A DNA stretch of 61,178 bases, filler included, from Catajapyx aquilonaris (lineage: Eukaryota), in assembly GCA_000934665.2 (NCBI GenBank). It is 4 parts of 4 records of this genome, joined end to end, with 100 filler letters (N's around TTAATTAATTAA, not from the genome) between each part and the next. Parts side by side here need not be neighbours in the genome. Positions count along the whole stretch, not along the records: positions 1 to 15,252 come from JYFJ02007560.1; 3 more parts are not named here. One strand, 5' to 3'. The notes under the pieces were generated by a model. That model saw nothing but the letters and a program-made list of their open reading frames with translations. It made no database searches and was not told where the DNA came from. This document shows, in pieces, positions 1 through 10,891 of the stretch. The translations under genes and the position numbers were made by a program. Each line of letters opens with the position of its first letter. The first letter of the stretch is position 1.

Positions 1-109
1 TGTGTTTTATTAGTTCATATGTTGGGTTAGCTTGCATCTCCCTTCATCGCTGACTACCCCTCATAGGGAAATGTCGTGATGTTGTTGTTGTTGTTGTTGC
101 ACTACTTAC

Positions 110-178
110 CCATGTCAAAGATTGCTAGCTTAGGTTTGGCTTCTCCCAATCGCTTTGGCCCCTTCATGCCTCTCGCCT
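110..178 (-). CDS. Exon of an MDP1-like (magnesium-dependent phosphatase 1, HAD family) gene, N-terminal motif I; remaining exons lie outside the window
   Basis: Minus strand tttcag|AG GCG...AAA CCT AAG CTA GCA ATC TTT GAC ATG G|gtaagt gives ...EAKPKLAIFDM, resembling the MDP1 N-terminus PKLAVFDLD. Canonical splice sites. The match is short. Confidence 0.5.
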
Positions 179-636
179 CTGAAATGAATAATTATTTTAG
201 TTGCCAATTGTTGTCATTGTTGTCATATTTCAGAGCTAATACGCCGCTGGGTTTAGCAATTTAGTGAGTACATCAGCGGCGTAATCAGTGGCTGTCATGA
301 ATGCTGAGCACGGGAGAGAAACCAATCGAACTAGAGAGAGACTCCAAACAGATCCGGATAGCCCTCCCAGAGTCCCGCCACCAGCAATGACTGTGTATCC
401 AATTGTGGTTAATACATCCCATCTTCCCATGTGATTATTACATCCCAAGTAATCATTACATACCTTCTCACAATATGCTGTCAGCGGAGAAGTAGAAGCC
501 CTCAACAACGGTGAAACGGGAAGAATAAAACAACAAAAATGCGGAGAAAGAACAAGAGAAAGAANGGGGGGGCCGGATGTGACGTGGCAGGACGGCGTGG
601 CGCTGACGGTTGCGCGGGCGAAGCTGGAAGTTCTTT

Positions 637-1365
637 AGCTTAATATATTTTATTTTGGATGGAAATCAATTTTATTCGGTCGTAACTACGAGGTCCCAAT
701 TTGTCAAGGCATTTTTAAATGTTTAGTTCCGAAAGGGGAGCCTGTAGCTCTTCATTTGTGCCGGATTTGGAACACGTTCAGTTGGTATGCGCGTGACAGA
801 TAGAAGAGTGACAAAACATGACAGCAAATTTCCCAAGAAATTTCCACTATTCGATTCGCAAACCCTGCTTATAAATAGGATTTACTTTAATGCTGCATGT
901 AATTAAAGTGATAATAACGTCTAATTACATATGTAATTTTGTAAAGTATTACTAATTAAGGTGGAAATGAAGCGACTTGCTAATCAAATGAGAGTCTAGA
1001 ATTGGAATGTTAATAAGAAGGGCTAAAATCAGGGAAACATACGCAACCGATGCAGCAGTAAATGCTGTTCAACCCTATGCATTCCATTCGAATCTGCGTT
1101 TTAAACTCGATTTAATATGGGCCCATTACCGGCGGCAAGTTTTTGTGCGCAGGCGCAATTGTCACGGCTGCCAACTTAAACATGGTATTTGGAGGTGTGC
1201 TTAATATTTTTTATTTTTGATGGAAATCGATTTAATCCGGTCGTAATTACGAGGTCCCAATTTGTCATGGCATTTTTAAAAGTTTAGTTCCGAAACGGGA
1301 GCCTGTAGCTCTTCATTTGTGTCGGATTTGGAACACGTTCAGTTGGTACGCGTGTGACAGGTAGA
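637..1365 (+). repeat. Direct repeat pair (~165 bp; ~637-800 and ~1199-1365)
   Basis: The block gcttaatat...ggtcgtaa(c/t)tacgaggtcccaatttgtca...gtgacag occurs twice with few mismatches. Confidence 0.85.
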
Positions 1366-1557
1366 ATCGTCAACACAGCAAAGGTCCGGGCCAATTATCG
1401 CGTAGCAGTATGTGACGGCATTGCCGTGTGAATTCGAATCATTCGATTATTCTATTATAATTATAACTATATAAACCAATATAACGGTTCTGACGTCTGA
1501 CAAACACGCCCGCCAAACGAAAATCCTGTGTGAGCCGTTGTAAAAACCATCATACTA

Positions 1558-2582
1558 ACTTGCACTCATATTTCGCGGTCGTATGCAACCGTATCTCGCT
1601 GCCGTAAACAACGCTGTGTTGCCACTTCCTCACTCGAGTGGAGCAATGTGACGTCACTGGATCATTTTCGGATCGTTTTTCAGCAATACAAATTGAAAGA
1701 GCACGGTGAGGTAGGGTTTTCTTTTCGCGGTTACGATCAGTATGTAATTCCAGACATATTCCACATTAAATTTTAAAATTCTCATTTACTTATGATTTTT
1801 TTGTGGACTATTGAAACTTCTGCCATAAGGGCCCATGTTAAATCGCGAACTTCTGAGCCCTCCAGTTCGCTAATTTGCACGGTGACGTGTATTTTTCTTT
1901 GCGCCATTGATAAGAGGACACAAAACTGCGTGACATATGTTTTTTTCATAAAATTCTCATTGAGTGACTCTAGCTTCATTTCCACCTTAAATGGACATTA
2001 CGTCCGTGATTTGGTCACGTGACATGGCGCGCTTCATTTGTCATGCAATTTTTGTTCCAAACCCCGGGGTCATCGACCTTTGCCCATTGCGTATTGAAGA
2101 TTCGAACGAAGACGGGGGTTCTTCCAGCACACTGACAGAGTGCTGCAATAATAAATTATCATGGCACACCATCTCACTTGCACTCATATTTCGCGGTCGT
2201 ATGCAACCGTATCTCGCTACCGTAAACAACGCCGTGTTGCCACTTCCTCACTCGAGTGGAGCAATGTGACGTCACTGGATCATTTTCGGATCGTTTTTCA
2301 GCAATAAAAATTGAAAGAGCACGGTGAGGTAGGGTTTTCTTTTTGCGGTTGCGATCAGTATAATAATTCCCGACATGTTCCACATTTAATTTTAAAATTC
2401 TCATTTACTTATGATTTTTTTTTGTGGACTATTGAAAATTCTGCCATAAGGGCCCATGTTAAATCGCGAACTTTGAGCCCTCCAGTTCGCTAATTTGCAC
2501 GGTGACGTGTATTTTTCTTTAAACCATTGATAAGAGGACACAAAACTGCGTAACATATGTTTTTTTCCATAAAATTCTCATT
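1558..2582 (+). repeat. Direct repeat pair (~405 bp; ~1558-1961 and ~2176-2582); second copy cut by a Harbinger insertion
   Basis: acttgcactcatatttcgcggtcgtatgcaacc...cataaaattctcatt is repeated nearly identically. Confidence 0.9.
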
Positions 2583-3317
2583 AAGGGCGGGTTGCACCGG
2601 CTCTCGAAAAAGTAGTCGAAAAGTTGAATATCCCGTTCGGCTGACAAGCCGGAAACATTAATAATTCCGGGGCAAGCGTGCACCGCTTCCAAGTTTTCCG
2701 GCCGAATAAACAAATCCGGGCCAATTCTGTGTTTTCCCTACCGCTGATGCTACGAGTTCCCGGATTGGCCGCTAGTCGAGGACGTCATAAGCGTGACGTC
2801 AGAACAAGATGGCGCGGTCCAGTGGTGCTGGAGGCACGGCTGGAGGTGCTGGCACAGAGCACTGCTTGTTGGGGCCTGTAACTCTGTAAGACCGTGGCTG
2901 GGGCAGAAGGTGAAGGTGAAGGTGAAGGTGTGAAGGTAAGTCGTACCGCCTACACCATAACTAGGCCTGCTGGCTATGTTATACTTGGTCGTGACCTGCC
3001 CTGACCTGTCCATAGCACATGATGGAGGCAGCAGGCGCAGAAGCCGGCACAGATGGTGAAGGGGAGCAGGGGCCGAAATTCCGGTCCAAAAGAGCAGACG
3101 ACGCGAATCTCCTAAGTGACCTTGTTCACCGGCACCGTTCGGTGCTGGAAGACAAGATGACTAATATGCTGTTAATAGCAGAATGAAGGAAGACACTTGG
3201 AGAAAGGTAGAAGTGGAGTTCAACTCAAGAGGACCTGGAAGCAGTTCAGGTCTGCATATGAATGCCTGAAAAAAAAGAAGCTAAGTAGCAGTCCCCTGCA
3301 GACAAGAGGGAGTTGTA

Positions 3318-4299
3318 GGGGAAGGTGGGGCAAAGCGGAACGGTTCAGGGATGTTTATTTTTTTCCCAATCAGATGAAAAACTTTATGGGATTAAATGTG
3401 CACAGCACAATACCTTTATGTCTCCTCTGTAATACCTGAAGTGATGAATTACTAAAGTCAATTACCGTAGGAGTTAGAACCTAATTTTTGAACCCCACCA
3501 ACCCGTTTCACTTTGCCCCACCTGCGGGGTAAAGTGGAACACGTAGTGGGGCAAAGCGGAACGACTCTGCTTTAATGAGATCAATCAGTCCTGGATGCTT
3601 GTGTGCTACCAGCGCACTCATGATCCAGGTCCTACGGGAATGTATAGTAATATTAAGGACTTTTTCCAATTATCTGCCACGATTAAACTTTATTTGACAC
3701 ATAATTTTACGACCAGTGTTTTTTGGGACTTTAGCCGCCTTTGATCTGACTTGTGAGACCCCTCATCTTACACTTTAGTCTCCCGTTTGCATAAGTCATA
3801 AATGTATGCAGCCTCATCATCTATTTCGGCATCAAACAATGTGCATTCCTCGTGAACCATTTCTTGCATATATGGAGCATAGCGGTACGCGTTCCACTTT
3901 GCCCGTTCCACTTTGCCCCATACCACGTGGTCTAGATTAACTTACTGGCATTTTAACAGTGCTGATCAAATCAAACTTTAAGAACTACCATGCTGTGAAG
4001 AGTGATCTTACATACCTCAAAATTCAAAAATAATTGATAGCTTTGACAATGCCTTACGCCAACTTCAGCCCTTCAGGAGCTTATTCAGTGAATGGCCGAA
4101 TTTACATCCGCGACCGCTCAAAATGAAAAATGGCTGCCTGAGTCGCTGTAGTTTCAAAAAAGTGCTGCCATCAGGTAATTTATGTGCATCATTATGTGGA
4201 TCATTAGATGTAGCAAGATCCAGGAGATGGCACACACCGCACGGAAATTTACGCCTGTGTTTCGCTTTGCCCTCCGTTTCACGTTGCCCCACCTTCCCC
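3318..4299. mobile_element. Non-autonomous TIR DNA transposon, TA target duplication (Tc1/mariner-pogo-like)
   Basis: TIRs GGGGAAGGTGGGGCAAAGCGGAACGG / CCGTTTCACGTTGCCCCACCTTCCCC. TA at 3316-17 and 4300-01. Internal GGGGCAAAGYGGAAC repeats. Confidence 0.85.
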
Positions 4300-4430
4300 T
4301 ACCTAACTGTGTGTACCTTCTCGAAGTCTCCGAGTACCGTCTCTTCAAAGATTTTAGCCATGATAGGCCAGGCAGGGGCACCGCAGGAAAATTCATTTGA
4401 TGATGATGGCCCATTACATGTCGGTATGTA

Positions 4431-5364
4431 GGGGAGACCGGGGCACAGTGGACCACTTTTGCACGAATTTTTATATACCTACCTGTTAGACCTACACACC
4501 CAATATTTTCAGGCATGGTGGAGGTACTCCTTGGTAATATAAGTCACTACTATATTCAGGCGCAGTGCCATCCTTTTGGCTTTAAAAAAAATTAGAAGCG
4601 ACCCCCTGCAAATGGTCCACTGTACCCCGATAGGTGGGGCACAGTGGTCCGGAAGTTATTGGGACCCCTAATTCACACAAAAAGTTTATTATCATTGCCT
4701 AACATTTTTTTACAGCTGTTCATTTTGAGGACTGTGTCAACATCACAGGTTTGCCCCTTTTTTCTACTTAATTCACATTTTTAAAACCATTGTCTCACAT
4801 TTTTTTTTACAGCTGTTCATTTGGAGGGTGGTTTGTCAAAATCACAGTTTTGCATTTTTTCTACCTAATTCACATTTTTTAAATAATTGTCTCACATTTT
4901 TTTTTACAGCTGTTCATTTCGGGACACAGTGTGCATTTCGGGGCACAGTGGTACATGGACCACTGTGCCCCGCAAACGACTGGACCACTGTGCCCCGGAC
5001 AGCAGCAACTGAGATAATGCTATGATTGTAACTTCGATTGCAAGTTAGGCTTACCAAACTTCCGGTAGTTCATGGGCAAAGGGCAGAACTATTGCACAAC
5101 ATTTTTATATCAGGCTCATGCCCAATATCTACGCCTGAAGTGGCATTTAAACTGTGGGTTAGTAATTTACTTCACTTATCTTCAAATCGATTTCGCTGGA
5201 TATCTATCGATCGATCGATCGCTAGCCGTTGCCAGCCATGTTGGCAGGAGCATGGCAGTGACTTCTTTCACGTGGTACCAGATAAAAAAAATTTGGCGGC
5301 TTTTTCGATTTTTAAAATGGAAAGGTCCACTGTGCCCCGTGGTCCACTGTGCCCCAGTCTCCCC
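4431..5364. mobile_element. Non-autonomous TIR DNA transposon, TA target duplication, similar in structure to 3318-4299
   Basis: TIRs GGGGAGACCGGGGCACAGTGGACCAC / GTGGTCCACTGTGCCCCAGTCTCCCC. TA at 4429-30 and 5365-66. Internal GGGGCACAGTGG repeats. Confidence 0.85.
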
Positions 5365-5779
5365 TACAGCATATTTGCCAATGTGCAAGTTATTGACAGT
5401 ACAAGTATATGTGGGCTATAGCAATCCATACCTTTTCTTACAGGCACATCAGAATCAGATCCTGCAGCTGCCCCCCTGGTCTTTCACTTTTGAGGTATGT
5501 ACTGCGTCCAACCACAATTTCTGTCCAGTGTCAAGTTAACAATAGGCTGAGTTTATTTTCAAATACAAGGAAGTCATAGGGCCATAGGCTTTTGAAGCCT
5601 GGAAATGAAATTCGAGGTGGGAGTGCCATATAAGAATGCTCCCATGAGATTCTTATTTCCATTTCCACCTTAAGTTGCAGTTTTACTAGAGTAGAGCCTA
5701 GGTTAAATCACTCATTTTTCTAGCGTACATTTAGATCGATGGCTAGGTCAGTGTTGTGTTTGCCTGTGTTTTGGAAGCA

Positions 5780-6323
5780 ATGGGGGTTCTGGTTGGCGGA
5801 GACTCGCAGGTGAAGTACCTCGACAGGGTGAAGGGATGGTCGCGGCTGGACAGTGACCTCTCTTTCTCTGGCTACCGTGTCCAGGACTTTCTCCACTCAG
5901 AGGAGGCGTTGGAGTTGGTCCCTTGTGCTGAGTCTGTTTGGCTCAACCTTGGAACCAACAACAACCTGACCAAAGAGAATGTCTGGGTCACTGTGGGTCA
6001 CTATCGGGCACTTATCTACAGGATCCGAGAGCTCAACCCCTATTGCACGATTTATGTTGCATCCGTTTTGCCAAGGGTATCGAATTTCTTTCTTCCCAAG
6101 AAGGACTGGGAGACGAGTGGACCTGCTGAACGGTCGTGCATGGGTCCTGAACTGCGGGCTGCAAGATCTCTGCCATTCGTTCACTGATGTGCACTATGTC
6201 AACCTGTGGCCAGCCTATGAAGGACGGAGGCACTTGCTCTCCAAGGATGGCCTGCATCTGAGCCCTCCTGGCGTGGAAGTGATGGCTGGCCATATCCGCT
6301 CTGTTGTCCGACATTGTGAGTAA
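5780..6323 (+). pseudogene. SGNH/GDSL-like hydrolase (esterase) ORF with one frameshift (~6100)
   Basis: Block I VLVGGDSQVKYL, block III WLNLGTNN and VASVLPR lie in the first frame. Block V LLSKDGLHLSPPGVEVMAGHI lies in the second frame. Confidence 0.8.
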
Positions 6324-7104
6324 ATTTTCATCACTTTTAGAATGGAAGGTGCATGTTGAGGTAGATATTTCAATTGAGACTGCAATGATTATTCTAAAGC
6401 TGGCTGATTTATATGGAAGGCTACTTCACAGCTGGATTGTGTTGATCTTTGAGAATGTTTTCCATCCTGTTTTGCAGTAAACACACCACCAGCTGGGGCC
6501 AGCTTTGTGGAAATTGTCTAAATTCTGAAAGGTCACTAGGATTGGTGGTGCATTCACTCAGGCTAAAAATAATGTAGTTATGCGCGTATCATGGTACTGC
6601 ACTTGAAATTAATTTTACTTTTGTGGTACATTGGAGAATACATCTTCTCCTGGTGAAACATTCAAGGTTTTGTTGAATTTCCCATATCACTTCATCTCCA
6701 GTGCATTCACAACTAATGCCCTTTCTTCCATAAGGTGGTTCGACGTCAACAGCACCGGAAGCAGCACCCTGCGGTATCATCTGGAACCCCACCGGCTCCA
6801 GAGAGTGCCATGCATCTACAGGATTTGTCCCTGTTCATGTCGAACAGGGTGGTGAGCAAGGTTGTGTTGAGGACCACGGGAGGGAGGGTTGGCGTCGTGT
6901 GGGGCGTGGCCATGGTGGGGAGGGAGGGAAGGTTCCCCTTTCTTCGCTGCCTCCTCAACCCACTCGAGTTTCCAAGCCCACCCAGATACCTGCCCGCCAC
7001 CTACCAACTCGAGTTTTCCAATGTCGTGAGGATCCTATCCTGATCCCTGGTCCAGTAGAAGCTCCAGCTGTCATCTTGGCCCCTCTTGCATCCAGTCGGG
7101 CCCG

Positions 7105-8121
7105 GTGTTACCCTACCCGGATCTTTCGTCGCCGAAGGAGTCCTGCTCCTTGTCACCAGCCTTCTGCTGGAATCCCTGCTCCTGTAGTCCTTTGTGCAGT
7201 TGGCCCTGCCCCAAGGGTTGTTCCCCCAAAACCAGCCCTCATGATGATGCTTCCCCATCTACCAGACCTCTCTCCAACCCTGAGCAGCCATCTAGCCCAG
7301 ATGATGTGTTACCATCTCTTTCTCCCTGCAGGTTGTGGGCAGGGTTTCGAAACCCACCACCATCACCACCTGCAGCCCTTGCAATTCAACCTTCACCCAC
7401 CCCTCTTTCTCCAGCGAAAAGTTTCAGCCCCCTCTCACTTCCTCCTCAACCTAGGCCTGTTCCCATGCGAAGTGTCATTTCTTCAAGTCATGCATGCTTC
7501 TCTGATGGAAAATATTCTTGTGGATGCACCTCTCCTGCTTCCACCTGCTCTCTGAAGAAACACTTCTTCCACTGTCCCATCTTCATGTGTGCAACCTACT
7601 ATATGAACTCTCCTCTTCCTTCTGTGCCTGCTGTTGTCTGTTATTCTGCTTCCTTCTCTGCTAACCTTCCTTTTGCTGATTCATCCATCGCTGTTTCTGG
7701 CCGTCCTTCCCAGTCCTTGTTCTCTCTCACCAATGTAACTCCGCATGACAGTGCCCACTTGGAACATAGCAGTAGGCAAATTAGACGTGGAAAGATAGTG
7801 TGTGGGGGAGGACCTTCTCAGACCTCCTCTAATGATAGATCTATCCCTGAGCTACCTGAGTCTTCAGGTCTCATTCCTAGATATCCTAGGGCATGTGACA
7901 ATTGTGGCAGGCAGTACCAAAGTAAGAGTTCCTTCTGCAATCATAAACGTCAATGTTCAAGGCAAAACAATAGTCATCAGCCTAACATTAGTGAAATTAC
8001 CCCTACTGTTGCTGTTATTTGTCCAAAATTGTGTGACAGTTGTGGCAAGACGTTCCAGCATAAGAGTTCTTTTAGTCGCCATGTAAGAAGAAATCAATGT
8101 GTCAGGTACGTTAATCAATGA
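7105..8121 (+). CDS. Pro/Ser-rich ORF with two C-terminal C2H2/C2HC-type zinc fingers (probably transposon-encoded, degenerate)
   Basis: CDNCGRQYQSKSSFCNHKRQC and CDSCGKTFQHKSSFSRHVRRNQC. True start and exon structure are uncertain. Confidence 0.6.
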   Translation: MLPYPDLSSPKESCSLSPAFCWNPCSCSPLCSWPCPKGCSPKTSPHDDASPSTRPLSNPEQPSSPDDVLPSLSPCRLWAGFRNPPPSPPAALAIQPSPTPLSPAKSFSPLSLPPQPRPVPMRSVISSSHACFSDGKYSCGCTSPASTCSLKKHFFHCPIFMCATYYMNSPLPSVPAVVCYSASFSANLPFADSSIAVSGRPSQSLFSLTNVTPHDSAHLEHSSRQIRRGKIVCGGGPSQTSSNDRSIPELPESSGLIPRYPRACDNCGRQYQSKSSFCNHKRQCSRQNNSHQPNISEITPTVAVICPKLCDSCGKTFQHKSSFSRHVRRNQCVRYVNQ

Positions 8122-8182
8122 CTGCCCTCAGTCGAATGCAAAGTGGAGCCAAGGTGTACCTGAAATCCAGGCATACACTTGA

Positions 8183-8735
8183 ATGCAAAATATTCCTGAA
8201 AGCCTGTCATCCAACCTAAATATTTCTAAAGGCAGGACATACACTTGTAATCAAATTGTTTCTGAAAGCCTGGCTTCCAAACAAAATCTTTCAGAAAATC
8301 TTGCTTACCAATGCCATGATGTTACATCCCCCTGTGAATCTGTAGGTGCAAGCCAGACTCTCAGGTTTCATTCTTGGAAAGACTTTATGAAATGGAAGAG
8401 TGAGGAACAGGAAGCTAATTACATGTGCTATACTAAGCAGGGAGGTCGAAAGGAGAATGCTGGAATGGTATATCATTATTATAAGTGCGCGTTTAATGGG
8501 AAGGAATGTAACAGTCATAGGAAGTGCACAGAGCGAGCTCGTAAGACTGATAGGAGATGGCGTAGATGTCGGGTTTCTGTAGATCAAAATTGTCCAGCTC
8601 AAATGAATGATTATGATGGATGAGGAGAGTGTAAAAGTTAAATATTGGAGCAAACACAACCATGAAAATAAACCAGGCAATATGCAGTTCTTTCGACTCC
8701 CAGACAGCATTAGGTTTAGGGCATTAGTAATTAGT
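8183..8735 (+). pseudogene. Mutator (MULE) transposase N-terminal FAR1/WRKY-GCM1-like zinc DNA-binding domain, frameshifted and truncated
   Basis: LRFHSWKDFMKWKSEEQ...YYKCAFNG...CPAQM, then after a frameshift near 8606 VKVKYWSKHNHENKPGNMQFFRLPDSIR. This gives the C..C..HxH pattern of MULE DNA-binding domains. No DDE domain follows. Confidence 0.65.
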
Positions 8736-8738
8736 AAG

Positions 8739-9020
8739 CGTCACTGCCATCTGCTTGCCTCTACCTGAATGTGCTGAGTGTGACTCTGATGTATATGTAG
8801 GCCTACTATGGGGCTCAAATTCTTTTGGACACTTCTTTATCCTTGTCTTGAAGCAACCCTTCGCACAGGCCCCACGGCGAGGAAGTGTATGTGTGTGAAG
8901 GGTTGCTTCAAGACAAGGATAAAGAAGTGTCCAAAAGAATTTGGGCCCCATAGTAGGCCTACATATACATCAGAGTCACACTCAGCACATTCAGGTAGAG
9001 GCAAGCAGATGGCAGTGACG
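8739..9020. repeat. Near-perfect palindrome (arms ~8739-8867 and ~8892-9020, ~24-nt loop)
   Basis: The plus and minus ORFs 8808+ and 8724- give nearly identical peptides. The arms are reverse-complementary with about 2 mismatches by eye. Confidence 0.95.
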
Positions 9021-9176
9021 AGTCAGGATAACCAGACAGATGGTTCATGTGGGTACTGCGGAGGCCGACACAAGAAGGGACAGTGCCCTGCATACAGAAA
9101 GAGATGCACAAGCTGCGGGAAATGGAATCATTTTGCAAGAGTATGCCACAGCATGAAGGTGAGGGGAGCTGACTGA
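9021..9176 (+). mobile_element. Ty3/gypsy-type gag fragment (double zinc knuckle)
   Basis: CGYCGGRHKKGQCPAYRKRCTSCGKWNHFARVC, the typical gypsy gag CCHC pair. Confidence 0.75.
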
Positions 9177-10179
9177 TGGAAGAGCTGCAGAACATGCGAC
9201 ATTTGAGACGGCGCCAGGGGCTAGTACAAGCTCCAGTAACAAATTCTCAACAGAAGAGTTGGTGCAAGGATAACCCATAGAACTGCTGAACGAGATCAGT
9301 GATGCAAAGAGGAACTGAGTCTAAAATAATGATGTACGCGAGCGAAACCGTATTATTGTACTTGTAATAATTGTGAAGCGACAGAATTAAATGGGTTAGA
9401 TTTGAACATCCAAAGTTGCTGCTACAAGGAGACAGTGGTATACTGATAATAATATTATCAGAATTGCATAAATGAATTTTAACAATGCCAACAATTAAAC
9501 TAACAATCTGAATAGCCTTTTCATATCAGTATGCAATTCTCTGGCTGCAGCAACTTTAGAACCCAAGCAACTAAATGACACGTTGTTCATATTAATTCAC
9601 AGATCAAGAAGTGAATTCAAGTCAGCAAATACTGATGCGCGTGGTGTGGAGTGCAGGCTACTACGCGTACAGTATTAACCCAGATATTCCTATAGCGTCC
9701 CCTGCACCTGCACAGTTGTTACATTTTAATTTGTTTGCGCAGGTAATTATGCTGCTAACGAGCTGGAAGTAGTCACGTGTGCTTCAGGAGAGTCCCAGCT
9801 AACGATACAAGTTCAAACCTGATCAATATTGCTACAGATTTTGAAGATACAGGTGTTTGAAATTTAACGCAGGAAATAACCTTTGTCACGTGTTCCATTT
9901 GACCTGCCCTTTTGTCACACGGACTGACCTTGTTAAAGTAGTTACGGCCACTGTCTCCTTGAGGTTTTCTTTTGTGGAAATTTTCGGCTTGGAAGCCAGT
10001 AATAGTTGGTGGCCGGCTCTGTTTGAGGCGTGTTACGCTTGCTCCTTTGGAGCATTAGTGAGCCGGACTTTTGTTGTGGGTACTTGTGACGCCTGTTTGG
10101 GCGCTCGTACCAGGTCTGTACAACGACAGATATTCTTTTGCTCTTTGCTGCTGGGTTCTTTACTGGGAACCTAGTGCAT

Positions 10180-10440
10180 TTGTACCAGGTGTGGTAAAAT
10201 TGTACACACTTGTGGTACCGACGTGAGGTGCGTGCCTTTTTGTGTGTGTAGGAGGACGGTTCCTGAGGCGGAGCTTCTTCGCTTGAACAGACTAGTGATT
10301 TTGGGTCGTGTTCGGAAAAAGTTTGTAGTATTGTACCTGGTGTGGTAAAATTGTACACAGTGGTATCGACGTTGGATACGTGCCTTTTTTTTTGGGTGCT
10401 ACGCGAGGAGGACAGTTCCTGAAACGGAGCTTCTTCTTCC
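10180..10440. repeat. Imperfect tandem repeat (~150-bp period)
   Basis: ttgtacc(a/t)ggtgtggtaaaattgtacaca...gttcctga...cggagcttctt occurs twice. Confidence 0.7.
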
Positions 10441-10754
10441 TGCCTTCGCTTGGACAAGGCAGTGACTACGTGTCGTGTTCGGAAGGTTGGTTCCTTTCCT
10501 GTGAAGTTATTTACTTCCCAGTGTATCTTCCTCTTCAGTGTATTCCCTGTGTGATCAGGGTGAAGTTGGAAGTAGTGAAGTGAGTTGTGTGTGTGACGCA
10601 ACTTCCTTACCCCCGTCGTTTCTTTCGGGAGTGATTAATTTTACTAGGGCTTGCCTCGAGTTGTTAAACAAACCCAACCCGGTCGTCCGTTTATATTAAG
10701 AATACTAATAACAGCTGCAAGCCATAGCTAGTGAGAATTTTTGTAATTTTATTT

Positions 10755-10891
10755 TCTCTCTCTCCCTCTCCCTCTCTCTCCCTCTCTCTCTCCCTCTCTC
10801 TCNCTCTCTCTCTCTCCCTCTCTCTCCCTCTCTCTCCCCCCCTCTCTCTCTCCCTCACTCTCTCTCCCTCACTCTCTCTCTCTCTCTCTCT
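10755..10891. repeat. (CT)n-rich microsatellite
   Basis: Direct read. Confidence 0.95.

Larger units (their letters stand above)
2585..5494 (+). mobile_element. PIF/Harbinger transposon remnant: left end plus degenerate Myb/SANT-like DNA-binding gene
   Basis: Starts TAA|GGGCGGGTTGCACC exactly where the 405-bp repeat is broken, followed by a Myb/SANT-like coding region. Right TIR and transposase were not found. Confidence 0.65.
3019..5494 (+). pseudogene. Myb/SANT-like (Myb_DNA-bind_5 type) protein of the Harbinger element, frameshifted and split by two insertions
   Basis: Stitched translation LLSDLVHRHRSVLEDKMTN/AVNSRMKEDTWRKVEVEFNS/RTWKQFRSAYECLKKK...DKRELY|LTVCTFSKSPSTVSSKILAMIGQAGAPQENSFDDD. 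The frame continues across the 3318-4299 insertion once it is removed. A further small exon (cag|...|gtatgt) lies at ~5444-5494. Confidence 0.7.

Noticed and set aside
236..508. 90-aa minus-strand ORF
   Set aside because: No recognisable motif and no clear splice link to the 110-178 exon.
9942..10601. 219-aa minus-strand ORF
   Set aside because: Largely explained by an imperfect tandem repeat, has a non-ATG start and no recognisable domain.
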